From: Botryllus schlosseri
Taxonomy: Eukaryota
Length of the DNA: 64,000 bases
Assembly: GCA_051294905.1 (NCBI GenBank)
Contig: CM119372.1
Coordinates: forward strand, 22,942,001 to 23,006,000
Reading direction: 5' to 3'
Positions 1-11,788 of this stretch are shown piece by piece. The translations under genes were made by a program, and so were the position numbers. The notes below the pieces were generated by a model, which searched no databases, was not told the DNA's origin, and saw only the letters and a list, made by a program, of their open reading frames with translations. How positions within the stretch are numbered: the first letter of the stretch is position 1; the number at the start of each line of letters is the position of its first letter.

Positions 1-756
1 CGATTGCGATGAATCTATATTTTGTTTTTGACATGGTGAAAATTTATCCTGCTGTATAGATTAGCCCTATTAGCCGACTTAGCCAATCCCATTAGTTAAA
101 TTGGTTTTCTTTTTCGTGAATCTGCTATGACACAATAATATCAATGTGAAATTGTACAGCTGAAGTAAATCATACACCGTGCAATGTACGTTGTTTTCGA
201 CACTGCAAAGGTCACCAAATAGTAGACTAAATACAAATACCGCTCAACTCTTCCGTGCCACAGTTTGAGAACCGCTGTTCAGCTTATTGAAAGTGAATTA
301 TTGGTTATGGTATTCATTGAATGGACTATTATGCAAGTCTCAAAGTCTGGTCGTTGTCATGAAAAATAATGATGTTTGAAATGTTCATTTCTCTTCATTT
401 TTTGATTTGATCTCGTGTAAAAATATAGCACTCTACCTTGGCTTATAGATGCATAATTGCATAATGCCATCAAGTAGCCTAGTGTTAAGGATATAAGCTA
501 TACAGAAATAGACATGCCTTGGCTATGTATCCAGTGAACTATGCTTAGTCGACTGTTTAGTAGGCAGGCTCTTCTATATTATTACTCAGAGACAGAAGCT
601 CTCTAACAATTTACCCCTGCGAATTTTCAGTTCTTAATCACTTTGACTGTAAGCCGAGTTCACTGGGCCTATGTCCCATATGCCATTTGCAGTCCATGCA
701 TATCTAATGTTTCATAGACGGTGGCTCGTTCATTGGACAGGGTCCTCTTGTTTCAG

Positions 757-917
757 AGTGCAAACAACACCGCTTTTGAGGAATGCGTTCCGAAATCCTT
801 CATGATAAGCGCGGATATGGCTCATGCAATCCACCCCAACTATCCGGATAAGCACGAGGACAATCTTCGCCCTTCACTTCACGGGGGTGTGGTTATAAAG
901 ATAAATAACAACCAAAG
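757..917 (+). CDS. DNPEP: Aspartyl aminopeptidase (M18), penultimate coding exon
   Basis: tttcag acceptor (751-756) and AG|gtaatg donor. Translates [54 protein letters not shown], which contains the M18 SADMAHAxHPNY motif. Upstream exons are not seen in the window. Confidence 0.93.
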
Positions 918-2238
918 GTAATGGATCGAATGATTACAATGCAACTGCGTTATTATTACATTCTTTTCTGGTTACCCGACGATTGAGCATGCCACACATG
1001 AGCATGTGACATTTGACCTCTTGACTTTCTACCCCAAAACTTACCCCAACCTGAACTTGCACCCTCAGTCTTAAGAGTAGCTTGCTCAAATGTCCATGAC
1101 CAGTGCCTGTGTATTGCAAATCAAATGATACTTCGGCAATCTATTGTAGAAATCTTCTGTTTAGTTAATATGTAGGCTGGTTATGTAGTAACCAACTGGT
1201 GTCAGGTTAACACTGTGGCGTTGCAAGATGAAACAAATGTTCATTTTTGTTCTTGTATACAAAAAGTATGTTGAAAATCTGTGTCATCTATTTTGTTTGT
1301 GGTTCCAAGGTAACGAGAGTTGTCTTCACTCACATTGTCTGATGGGCCTTGCCGTCTGTCTTATGCTTGTGCCCCTGTGCAAATTCTTGTCAGCATTATT
1401 GAAAAGACCATGCTCGTGTTGAAGTTTTTCGAGAGAATCGAATTTAGAACCATAAGATGGAACAAAGGAAAAATACAATTGTTCAATGAGAATAGAAAAG
1501 GTTATATGAAACAGAAAAGGCGATAGTAACTCTTTGCCTATGTAATTGTGTCTGCATACCACAATCACGAATGCAGCTAACGGCTTTGATACCCTACTGC
1601 AAAATGTTAAGGTGTTTTGATATGTTACCTGATTTTTTCCACTTTTACAGAGTATAATGATATTCTACTTCATTTATTGAACGAAACGCTTCAATAGTAA
1701 CTTTGGTTATGCGTCACCATAGAATATTGATTGTGTCTTACCATTAAAAATCCAGCTTTGTCAGAGAACCCATTGGATTTGTCGACTAGACTCAGGTAAT
1801 TGTGTGGTGTTCGGTTTTTATTACTGTCAGACCTACTCTAAACGATTTTTGTAATCAATTCACTCTCTCTTTACTTTAAAGATCTTGATCAGTATTGATT
1901 AGATTTTAAACATAAACACGCATCATTTTCAATTGTGAAATCATCATAACAATAGGGTGATATAGTGCCTCGATCACAGTCACACATCTGTGCACTTATT
2001 TGTGGTAACGTTGAGCATTTTGCGTTACTCGCAGAGATGCCTATTGCTAATTTATCAATGATGGACTAATAAATTCTGCTCCGCCTCATTGTTATCTACT
2101 TTTTTAATACACCCGAGTACTGTGCAAAGCTGTCGTTTTCTTCTACTTGCGGATATGTTGCGCTTCTTCTACCTCCACAAAATACTATCATACTAACATG
2201 TCATGTCACCCTCGAGAACTCAACCTCCACTGTTCCAG

Positions 2239-2527
2239 GTACGCTACCACCGCTGTCACAGCTACCATCGTCCGTGAGGTTGCGCTGATGGCCGACGTGC
2301 CCATGCAAGATGTGATGGTCCGCAACGACTCTCCGTGTGGTACCACCATCGGGCCGATCCTGTCGGCGAAGCTGGGCCTGCGCACGTGCGATCTTGGGGG
2401 CGCTCAACTCAGCATGCACTCGTGTCGGGAGATGTGCGGTGTCAGCACTGTGCTGCATTGCGAACAGCTTTTCGAGTCTTTCTTCAACAACTTCCCGGCA
2501 GTCGACGCCAAGTTACACGTGGAGTGA
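2239..2527 (+). CDS. DNPEP: Aspartyl aminopeptidase (M18), terminal coding exon
   Basis: ttccag acceptor, phase 2 matching the previous exon (AG+G=Arg). Reads YATTAVT...VRNDSPCGTTIGPILS...DLGGAQLSMHSCRE...LHVE*, matching the DNPEP C-terminus. Confidence 0.95.
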
Positions 2528-2739
2528 TTTTGTGCAATATTGGCTCGGTGCGTTCGCATTTTTGATCATAATTGCGTGCGCGCTTTGCTGATAGTGGAAG
2601 CCAACTTTACCTTTTAATTCGTACTAGTAGAAGCTGCGTTATATCATCTGTTTTTGTTTGGGTTTCAGTTTTGTCGATTTTATATGTCGAATTTTAGTGA
2701 TGGATTGTATTGTATAATCGTGTTTCACGGGCTGCCAGC

Positions 2740-2998
2740 CAGGTTCAATAAAGATTTTAGAGCAGTTCACTGGCATGTTGAGCGATGATGCGTGACCTCG
2801 ATACCACAAAGATTGATGGCGTGCAATATAGCAGTGCTCTTCAACCTTTTTCGTCGTGGTCCACCCTTTTCAGGTTCAATAAAGATTTTTGTGAGCAGTT
2901 CACTGGCGTGTTGAGCGATGACGCGTGACCTCGATACTACTAAGATTGATGACGTGCGATATAGCAGTGCTCTTCAACCTATTTCATCGTGGTACACT
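2740..2998 (+). repeat. ~131-bp tandem duplication in the DNPEP 3' region; each unit carries AATAAA (2747, 2878)
   Basis: caggttcaataaagattt...agcagttcactggc...gcagtgctcttcaacct occurs twice head-to-tail. Confidence 0.85.
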
Positions 2999-3077
2999 CG
3001 TTTAACGTTTACTCAAAACTCGTACACCCCTGAGGCACTGACCACATAATACACTGATTCCTTATAGTAAGCCTAAT

Positions 3078-4530
3078 CAGGGGCCGCATTTCAGCGTAGA
3101 GTCGTTATGGCCCATCTGGATGAGAAAAACTACAATCATGCGGCTGTCAAGGTCCACACCACACATATTTAAACTAGCGTGTGTCGGCGGCTGTCAATAC
3201 ACATTTGAATTAACGAATTGATTCCAAAATCTTTGAGAGATTTTAATTCAAATGAAAAAAATTTGCTAACGGGTACTTCGCAAGACGGAGAACCCTTGTG
3301 GTATTCTGTGCTTATCTCTGAATTCTTGAGTTATGCGTTGTTTGTCAAAGTTGCCAGTCGTAGAAGCAGAACGACCCCGTAGGCTTACTATATGCATCCA
3401 AATCGCGAGTATAAATGACAAGAAAAGTTATTGGAATTCGGTTTATATTCGCGCAGGGCGCGAAAATTTTCTCAACCTCATCGTCGATTTATTTCGATGA
3501 TAGAATTTCGTCGATAATATCGGAAGTTTCACTTATCATCATTGTCGAATATTTATCCATTTTCAGCCTACATGTTCAGATTAACCGATAGAGACGATGG
3601 AGCAGGGGTGTCTTCGAAAATTTTGGGCGCACTTCCGCTTATTGCTACTTCTTGACCTCCCAACAGGATTGTCGGTATAGTAAAAAAATATATATCGCCC
3701 AATCGCAGGGTTGTAATGACTCGAGTCGCGATTTTTTGGTGACTCGACTTGACTCGAGTCATTTTCTTAAAAATGCATGGAGACTCGACTCAGTGATTTT
3801 GTGCATTGACTCGACTTGTACCCGAGTCATTTTGTATGACTCGAGACTGGGTCTACCAAGACAGGCCTCTTATTGTAATTTCATAGCCTTTATAAAGGCT
3901 GTGGTAATTTCGAAGAATATTGAAGTCATCACGCTATTATATTATTTCGTCTATCAGTAGGCCTACTGATACTTGAAAATGCTACCAGAAAATGTTGAAA
4001 GTAAGGAAAATTAGTATTTTATGAATGTGAAGCATTCGATATCACCGAGCAGAGTTGTAAAAAGTGGGTTTTATATGACATTAAATCGGAACTGAACAGT
4101 CAACACAATGACTTGGACTCGAGTCAAAACACTATGACTAGACTCCGTGATTTGGACTCGTCGGTGATGAATTGAAAATGACTCGAGTCAAAGCTATAAA
4201 AGTGAGATTGACTTGTGACTTGTGACCCTGCCCAAACGTACCAGGGAAATCTTTCGTGAGACGCACACGATTACAACTTGGTATTTTTTGATGAGGCCCA
4301 TCATGTTCCTCTGCGGTTCACATTGCAACCGTGAATCGAGCTAAGCGCGAAGAATTTTTTTTCATTTGAATTAAAATCTCTCAAAGATTTTGGAATCAAT
4401 TCGTTAATTCAAATGTGTATTGACAGCCGCCGACACACGCTAGTTTAAATATGTGTGGTGTGGACCTTGACAGCCGCATGATTGTAGTTTACGTCTGTAT
4501 GCGCTATACGTCCGCATGTTGGCCACCTCA
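3078..4530. mobile_element. hAT-like non-autonomous element with a ~135-bp near-perfect subterminal inverted repeat (3127-3261 / 4356-4490)
   Basis: cagggg start, flanks agcctaat/ggcctaat (8-bp TSD, 1 mismatch), inverted arms read directly. Confidence 0.7.
3706..4230. mobile_element. hAT MITE rich in gactcgagtc subterminal repeats, nested in 3078-4530
   Basis: cagggt...accctg termini, TSD cccaatcg/cccaaacg. Confidence 0.8.
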
Positions 4531-5308
4531 GGCCTAATCGAAAAAGGCTGCAACGTATATAGGAAATACTAACTGCTATTCAGTGCTCGAGGTTACCCGA
4601 CCACCATCTAACAAAGTAGTTCTCAAACTCGACACCCGAGACATGGCTACGACCCAGCAAATATGTGCACTGCGCTATTTATATGCATCTCCCGTGTCAA
4701 TTCAAAATGTCTGAGCTATCGCGACGGTTTCCTCGAGAATTATTATAGACAGATATCACAAACTGAAAACATGTCAACTTTACCTTGTTCTGCTCCAAAA
4801 ATAACCAATAATTCCATTACCCAATTGTTAACTTATGAGGAGAATCATTTGCTTATGACATCATAAAAGGAATGTAAATTATACCAGCGGCGTAGCCTAC
4901 AGGTGACATGAACGATGAACATTGTACGATATTGCACATCCCGCAACCTGTTCTGAAGCATACGCTTGTCTATTTATTGTGAAAGCCACAGGTATCGGTC
5001 CATTGCGAAGCGGATCTGGTACACCCCAGTACAACCCATCCGATTGGTACACTCTTTTCATTGGATCGCAGTCTTGTGATGTATTGAAATGATGAAAATA
5101 ATAATAAACCTGATTGGTATCAACTCGTGCACCTTGACAATAAAGTACTTCGTTACCCTGAATTTAACCCTTACGAAAGATTTGGCTAGTATACACTCCG
5201 CATGCGGCCCGCGAGGTCATATTTTGCGGCCGGCGACCTGATTTGAAATTTTGGAACAACGCTTGGTAAAGCATTTTGAAATGCTGAAATTGATTTCAGT
5301 TTAAACAT

Positions 5309-5309
<1 letters not shown>

Positions 5310-5362
<53 letters not shown>
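5310..5362. repeat. (GTT)n microsatellite
   Basis: About 17 perfect TTG units. Confidence 0.95.
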
Positions 5363-5517
5363 AAAAGTAAGCTATTCTCCTGCGCCCAATATTACTATTC
5401 GTCACTAGCTGATAGGGCTTCGACGATGGTAATATCATTCCATGGAGGAAGAATCTGTTGATATGAATGGGAATATTGCCTTGGCTTGCAATGGCCCACC
5501 ACTGCCAAGGCCGAGAC

Positions 5518-6032
5518 TAGGGCTGGGCAAAATCGAGAACCTGGGTGATTCGATTCTGAATCACGTAAAATGCTTCGAGTCGAGTCGAGTATTCGAGTAT
5601 CACTCGTTATGACGTCACAACCTAGTGTACTATGTCAAAGTTCAAATATGTACCTTTTATGCCACCACGAAGAACATAATGCCTATTATCCGTCACATTC
5701 AAGATACTATGGTATTTTTTCGACCATCCCGATTTCATTGCATTTCTTGACAATGTTGTGGGATGATCATGACTTCGGAAATGTGTTATTTCCAGTAACG
5801 TTCCTAGCTTTGTACTATGTCTCGTATGCTGCGATACGGCCAATCAAGGTTTTAAGGCTTCCTCATTGGAAAATAGTATCAAAACTATAACTCTCATTAG
5901 TAAATTAACTTTCAGTTGCGAGAAGCGTATAATTTTAGTACTCGAAAAAATCGTCTTTTACCACTCGACTCGAATCATTAAAATTAATACTTGATTCAGA
6001 TTCGAGTACTCGAATCATTGTGCCCAGCCCTA
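5518..6032 (+). mobile_element. MITE family A (~515 bp, hAT-type)
   Basis: TIR tagggctgggca...tgcccagcccta, perfect 8-bp TSD gccgagac, four copies in the window. Confidence 0.92.
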
Positions 6033-7495
6033 GCCGAGACGCTTAAATAAAAACGACTCCGGGCTCCCCAAAAAACCAAGCTTTACGAAAAGATAGTTTT
6101 CCAGCAGGTACCGTGTCTATCTAACCCCGATATCGATTCTTTAGTGTTTAGTGGGTGGCCACTCTGCGGCAGTAAAAGGAAAATTATGCGGCCGTCGACA
6201 CTATTAAATCGGGTAGTGGCGCCTGGCGGCCGTCAATATGCAAATTGAATTTACGAATAACTACCTAACTGATGAGAGGTTTAAAGTATTCTTCAAATTT
6301 TCTTCGCACTACACACGGTTCAATGCTAGTTGCTTTTCGATTTTTATATGGTAATGTCCTTTGTAATCTGAACTCCACAGTACAGATGCGAACAGCAGAG
6401 GAAAATGTTGCGTCACATAAACAAAAAAAAATTATAATCGTGTTATCGACATCACGAAGGAAATTCGTTTCTGGTAGGCCTACGTTCGGTCGAATCTACG
6501 GTAATATATTTCCACTATATATACCGACAATCCTGATTGGAGGTCAAGAAATAACAACATGCAACAAAGGAAGATAATAACAATTGGTCCAACCAAAGTG
6601 CAGCACAGAATTAGTAGCTAACTTCCTTAAATTTTCGAAGACACCCCCTGCATCAACTCTACCGGGAAATCTGATAACATGGGCTGAGGATAAATATTTG
6701 ATAGTAATATGTGAAATTAGACAAATATTATTGACGAAATTCACTCATGAATATGAAAAAAATTTAGCGATTCCCCTAACTACAAAAGCGAATCCATGTG
6801 GTTATTCATAACATGACTACTCACGATTTCAGTGCGAATATAGTAAGCCGATATGAGTAAATAGATAAGTCCAGAGTTCACTGGCAATGGACATTGGTCA
6901 ATTGGACAGGACATGGACAGTTTAACGTGCATATTTGGCCTGCCTACATTGTGACTATGCACTAGAATGCGGCCGTCCGTGAATAGCAAAAAAGTTGGTC
7001 AACCCTGATGTATAGTTGCTGAAGAGTGTTGTCAGGTGTGGGCGCAGCTCATAGTTCAAAAAAGAATAATCGTGATATTTTTATTGTATTTGTATTTCTT
7101 CAATAAATTATCATTTCTTCTGTGGTAACTATACCCGTCGCTCATGTTAGAGAGCACAGCGATCTACTGACGTGGAGTTATCAAGACGTGGTTGTAAAAG
7201 TGCCTTGCCTATTTTTATCTCGATAATGCATTCATGCGGCCCGCGGCCTCTACGAATTTTGAAAAGTGGCCCGAGACCCGTTTTGAGTTGGCGACCCCTG
7301 CTCTACAGACATGTCAACGTATTTTAAACAGGTTTTAGACAGCTACCAATAGCGACGCCATCGCTCTCAATTTTTTGATAGCTTGCGGGCTTTTGCCGGC
7401 ATATCATCTCATTGAGGGCAAATCTTTTGTACTGAATGAGCGAGTCATTTATTTTACGCTTGCAAAAGTGAGGCTTTCCGGAGAATATTGACGCA

Positions 7496-8161
7496 ATGGA
7501 TAGCAAGACATTTCTAGTTTTTACTTTCTTTGTGGGTAGATGTATCTGGTGCGAAGCTGCAAACAAGCATAATGTTACCGACTTAGTCTATTTCGACATC
7601 GACATCGACGGCGAGCCGGCCGGAAGGATTGTATTTGGGTTGTTCGGAAGTGTCGTGCCGATAACTGTTGAGAACTTTATTCGATTAGCCGTTCACGACA
7701 AGGGCTTCGGTTACACTGGTAGCAGATTTACGTCAATGAGAAAAGCATATTATGTGGTCGGTGGAGCAATTCCCAGCGACGATTACTCGATTGGAAAGAG
7801 TTGGTTTGGAGCGTCATTTCCTGCTGAAAATTTCAAGCTGCGTCATTACGGACCAGGCTGGGTTAGCATGGCCAGGAATGTCGAGTCAAAGTTCGATTGT
7901 GCATTTTTCATCCTCACGAACGATCTGTGTGTCATGCGCGAATGGTTTGACGACCGTTACGTGGTGTTCGGTGCCGTCGTAAATGGAATGCGCACAGTAC
8001 TCAGAATTGAGAATGTGGAAACATTTGGTTACGCTCCAACGAATCCAGTGACGGTGAGGAACAGTGGTACTCTGAAACTTCGGGAAAAACTTGAAATCGA
8101 AGAGGGACACATTACCGGAGACATACTATCATCACAAGGGGAGTTATTGCCTGTTAGATAG
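7496..8161 (+). CDS. Intronless secreted cyclophilin-B/C-like protein (221 aa) with a degenerate PPIase active site
   Basis: Hydrophobic N-terminus. VYFDIDIDGEPAGRIVFGLFG..VPITVENF, ENFKLRHYGPGWVSMA and VVFGAVVNGM match cyclophilin B. The FHRV..FMIQGGD motif is replaced by FTSM..YYVVGGA. Confidence 0.9.
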   Translation: MDSKTFLVFTFFVGRCIWCEAANKHNVTDLVYFDIDIDGEPAGRIVFGLFGSVVPITVENFIRLAVHDKGFGYTGSRFTSMRKAYYVVGGAIPSDDYSIGKSWFGASFPAENFKLRHYGPGWVSMARNVESKFDCAFFILTNDLCVMREWFDDRYVVFGAVVNGMRTVLRIENVETFGYAPTNPVTVRNSGTLKLREKLEIEEGHITGDILSSQGELLPVR

Positions 8162-8283
8162 CGCTATGAATGTTCTGATTACGCTTTAGTCATCAGGCAC
8201 TGTGAAGAGTTAGGAACATTTTTAGTCTGATTAAATTCCGATTTGTCGTTATAGTAATAAGTCATGCATTTTTTCATGTTATG

Positions 8284-8797
8284 TAGGGCTGGGCAAAATC
8301 GAGTACCTGAGTGATTCGATTCTGAATCCCGTATTATGCTTCGAGTCGAGTCGAGTATTCGAGTATCAGACATTATGACGTCATAACAGAATGTAATATG
8401 TCAAAGTTCAAATATGTACCTTTTATGCCACAGCAAAGCATATGATGCCTGTTATCAATCACATTAAAGATGCTTTGATATTTTTTCGACCATACCGATT
8501 TCATTGCACTTCGTGACAAGGTTATGGGATGATTATGACTTCGAAAATGTGTTATTTAACGTAAGCTTTGTAGCTTTGTACTATGTTTCGTATGCTTCAA
8601 TGCAGCCAATCCGTGTTTTAAGCCTTCCACATTGGAAACTAGCATCAAAACTATAATTCTCGTTGATAAATTAACTTTCAGTAGCGAGGAGCTTGTAATT
8701 TCAGTACTCGAAAATATCGTCTTTTACTACTCGACTCAATCATTAAAATTAATACTCGATTCAGATTCGAGTACTCGAATCATTGTGCCCAGCCCTA
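8284..8797 (+). mobile_element. MITE family A copy, ~120 bp downstream of the cyclophilin stop
   Basis: Same TIRs and body as 5518-6032; partial TSD gttatg. Confidence 0.9.
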
Positions 8798-9910
8798 GTT
8801 ATGAGTAGAGGCCTTCAGTGAAAGACGTCAATATTAGTTCACTACCGAGGTACAGAACTATTCGCTGCCGCTTATTTCGACACACGACATATATCGATCG
8901 ACGCAGACTATTTCGGCAATGAAACTTATAGATATCACCAAAATCACCTGCATAGAAATGTCCGGAGCGGAAAGGGCGTCGCAGAAGTTCCCTTCAACCC
9001 CCTACTTGACAACAGAAACTGAACAGCGATTCCATCCTTTGCTACTAATATGAGAGCATATTCGAGAGTGAGTATTATGCGACACCAAGCTGACTTATAC
9101 TCGGACTGATGTTCAAGTGCTGTCTTCCAGTGTTAGTGTTATGTTCGCGGATTTACGTTTAGTATCCCTCAAATTTGCTTTGTATAGAGGACTGATATGA
9201 TTGGTACGAAATCATTATTTCCTCGTGTGACTTACTTTCATATTTATATCATGTGTTTCGCGATCTCCTGACTCATGTCTCCGAATAACTGAATAAATAC
9301 ATTGGATTAGTATTCTAAGTTTGTCGTATATGTGTGTATAGACTGTATACTGTTCGTACCAAGGCATTGAACGTAACAGGGCCATGTTACGTAGCATTTT
9401 TGAAAATTGTAAATTTTTTCATAACGCTAGTACACATTGCGTTGTGATGCCGAGATTTACGTGCATCGGTGTCAGCTTATTCTACAGCAGTTCGCTGAAT
9501 GCGTAGGCGTATTCGCATCAAACCTTATATGATTCGAACACAGCGGTATAGAAATTAACAGGTTTTCGTCTAGTGCCAAGTCTTTTTACTTCCACAACAA
9601 ATGATACTACAAATCGTGGTTTCAAGGCAGCCCGGACGGGGAAAAGTATAGAAACTATATTTCTCAATATAACTTTTTGTAGAAAGGGCATAGGCCTATA
9701 ATTCCAATATTTAGACTCTCATCACAATTCGTACTAGAAGCAGTTGGAAAAATACCCAATCAAATATAAAACTAACGCAGCTAAGTGTAGTTTTTCGTTC
9801 CATACTGACGGCGATGGTGGCGACCTACAACGAATCACGCAGCCAGGACTGAAAACGTGCTTTGCCAGCGCCCCCTCCATCTCTTATATATATATTCATA
9901 CTATATAGGG

Positions 9911-10480
9911 TAGGGTTACCATACGTCCTCTTTTAAGAGGATTTGTCCTCTTTTTTGACTTTTTGAAAGTGTCCTTTTTTGAGACTTTTAGTTAAATGTA
10001 CTTTGAAATTGGACTGAGATATAGGAAATCAGCGGCCAAGTAACGGTGCGACGGGTTTTTCGGGACTTGAGCCATAAAAATGACCTTTTTTTTGGCAACT
10101 GACCATAAAGTAGGGAAAATTTACCATTTTTTTGCAGGATATTTTGAAAAAGTGTCCTCGTTTCAGATATGGTATACCATATTTTGGAATCCGGAAAGGA
10201 GAACACTTTTTACAAATCATAAAAGTTAGTTTACCGAAAAACATCTGATTTTTGAAATGTTTACTGGAAATCTTGTTGTGTTGACTAAAAAAGGTCACCT
10301 TTCCGCGTTACCCCCTTCTAATGACCCGCTCGAACGTCTGCATTGCATATTTCGCGTCATTTATGCCGAATGTCAGTTGACCCTGACTATTAGACTAGCT
10401 CTAAAAGCTGTAATGGAGGACGAATTGACAAATAGGAAGACATTTAGGCGTCCAGGACATTTTCAATTTCCTGAAAAAGA
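9911..10480. mobile_element. MITE family E remnant(s) (agggttaccata / gtcctctttt type)
   Basis: tagggttaccatacgtcctcttttaagagg terminus shared with 43753, 54942 and 55604. Right boundary approximate. Confidence 0.6.
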
Positions 10481-11079
10481 ACGACAAATCCTACTATGCT
10501 GATTCACTATACCAAATCGCGAGAATTATTGTTATGAAAAGTGATTGCAATTCGTTGCCTAGTAGCGCGTATATCCTTTATCATTCCATGTGACCAGATA
10601 TGCCTGAGGACCTGATGAAGGGTGTGTCTTCGAAAATTAACGATGATTAGGGCGATTTTTTTGGACCTAAAAAATCTAAATTTTGACATTTTCTGACCTT
10701 AAAAATAAATTTTGACCAAATCTTGACCTAACGTATGCAAATTAGGTGTTTTCCCAAAAAATGTTAGATTTGTACTAATTATCCTCATTTCTGGTTTGGA
10801 CTGTCTGTCCTTACGAAGTAGTTTTCCTTGAAAAAACTTTTTTGACTCAAAAACTGACAAATGTTTACATGACAAAATATTATCTAAACAAAATCTGGCC
10901 CTATGATGAATTCCAGTACGTGACGTACTATGGTGAAAATAATTAAAATTTGTTGTAGTATAACGAAAGATACTTTCCTACATTCTCGGCAGGGATATTT
11001 AGATATCTAGTTCTATATGTCCCTGATTCTCGGGTAAAAAGTGTCTGTCTTTACTAAGTAGCTTGCCAAGGATGGAGAT

Positions 11080-11788
11080 GTGGCGAGATAGCGTAGTGGG
11101 ATAATCCACAGCTGCAACACCAATGGGTTGTGGGTTCTAGTCCGACCGAGGTCGACTCCAGAATCCCTACCCAAATGTTGAAGGTTTATCTAAGTTCTAG
11201 TGCGGAGCGGATAGACAAATTCTCTGGTCCGGCTCCGATCCGGTTTGCCAATTCTCTGGTCCGGCTCCGATCCGGCTCCGGCCGTTTCAGGAAAAAGTAC
11301 TGATCTGGCTCCGATCTGGCTCCGGCCAAAAATGAAAAAGTCCTGCCGGAAATCCGGCCCAATACGGTACGGTAGTACCGTGAATTTAAAAATATGGCCC
11401 GTTTCTTTTCGCACTGACTTGGCGGTTACTTGCGTGTTGTTGGTTGGTGGTTATTTAGTTACAAACGTCATGCTTATCCATAAAGATTCTGGCCTTATCA
11501 AAAGTACTGATCCGGCTCCAACCGTATCGGAAAAAGTACTGATCCGGCTCCGATCCGGTCCGGCCAAAATTGAAAAAATCCGGCTCCGGTTCATGCTCCG
11601 CGCTAGGCTACTAGGTTTTTTCTCGCCATCTCATCCGCGTAAGCGGTGTATTACAAAAAGCATATCAGTGGGCCGTGCTACAAGTCGGCAGATACTCGGC
11701 GGTTACGGAATCGAAAATGAGGAATATCGGCCTGGTGTAAATGACCATTGTAGTTGACAAACATCATGAATATACAAACAACAGCAAG
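11080..11788 (+). mobile_element. tRNA-derived SINE family 1, interrupted by MITE 11198-11605
   Basis: A-box tggcgagatagcgtagtgg, B-box-like ggttctagtcc, body shared with six other copies, (caa)n-like tail. Confidence 0.85.
11198..11605. mobile_element. MITE with ccggctccgatccgg subterminal repeats
   Basis: TIR tagtgcggagc / gctccgcgcta. Confidence 0.75.

Noticed and set aside
11080..11155. tRNA-like sequences with A/B boxes
   Set aside because: They continue into a shared SINE body with tails and TSDs, and form no convincing cloverleaf, so they are not called tRNA genes.
11245..11757. 170-aa ORF on +
   Set aside because: It runs through ccggctccgatcc MITE repeats and a SINE body, and has no protein-family motifs.
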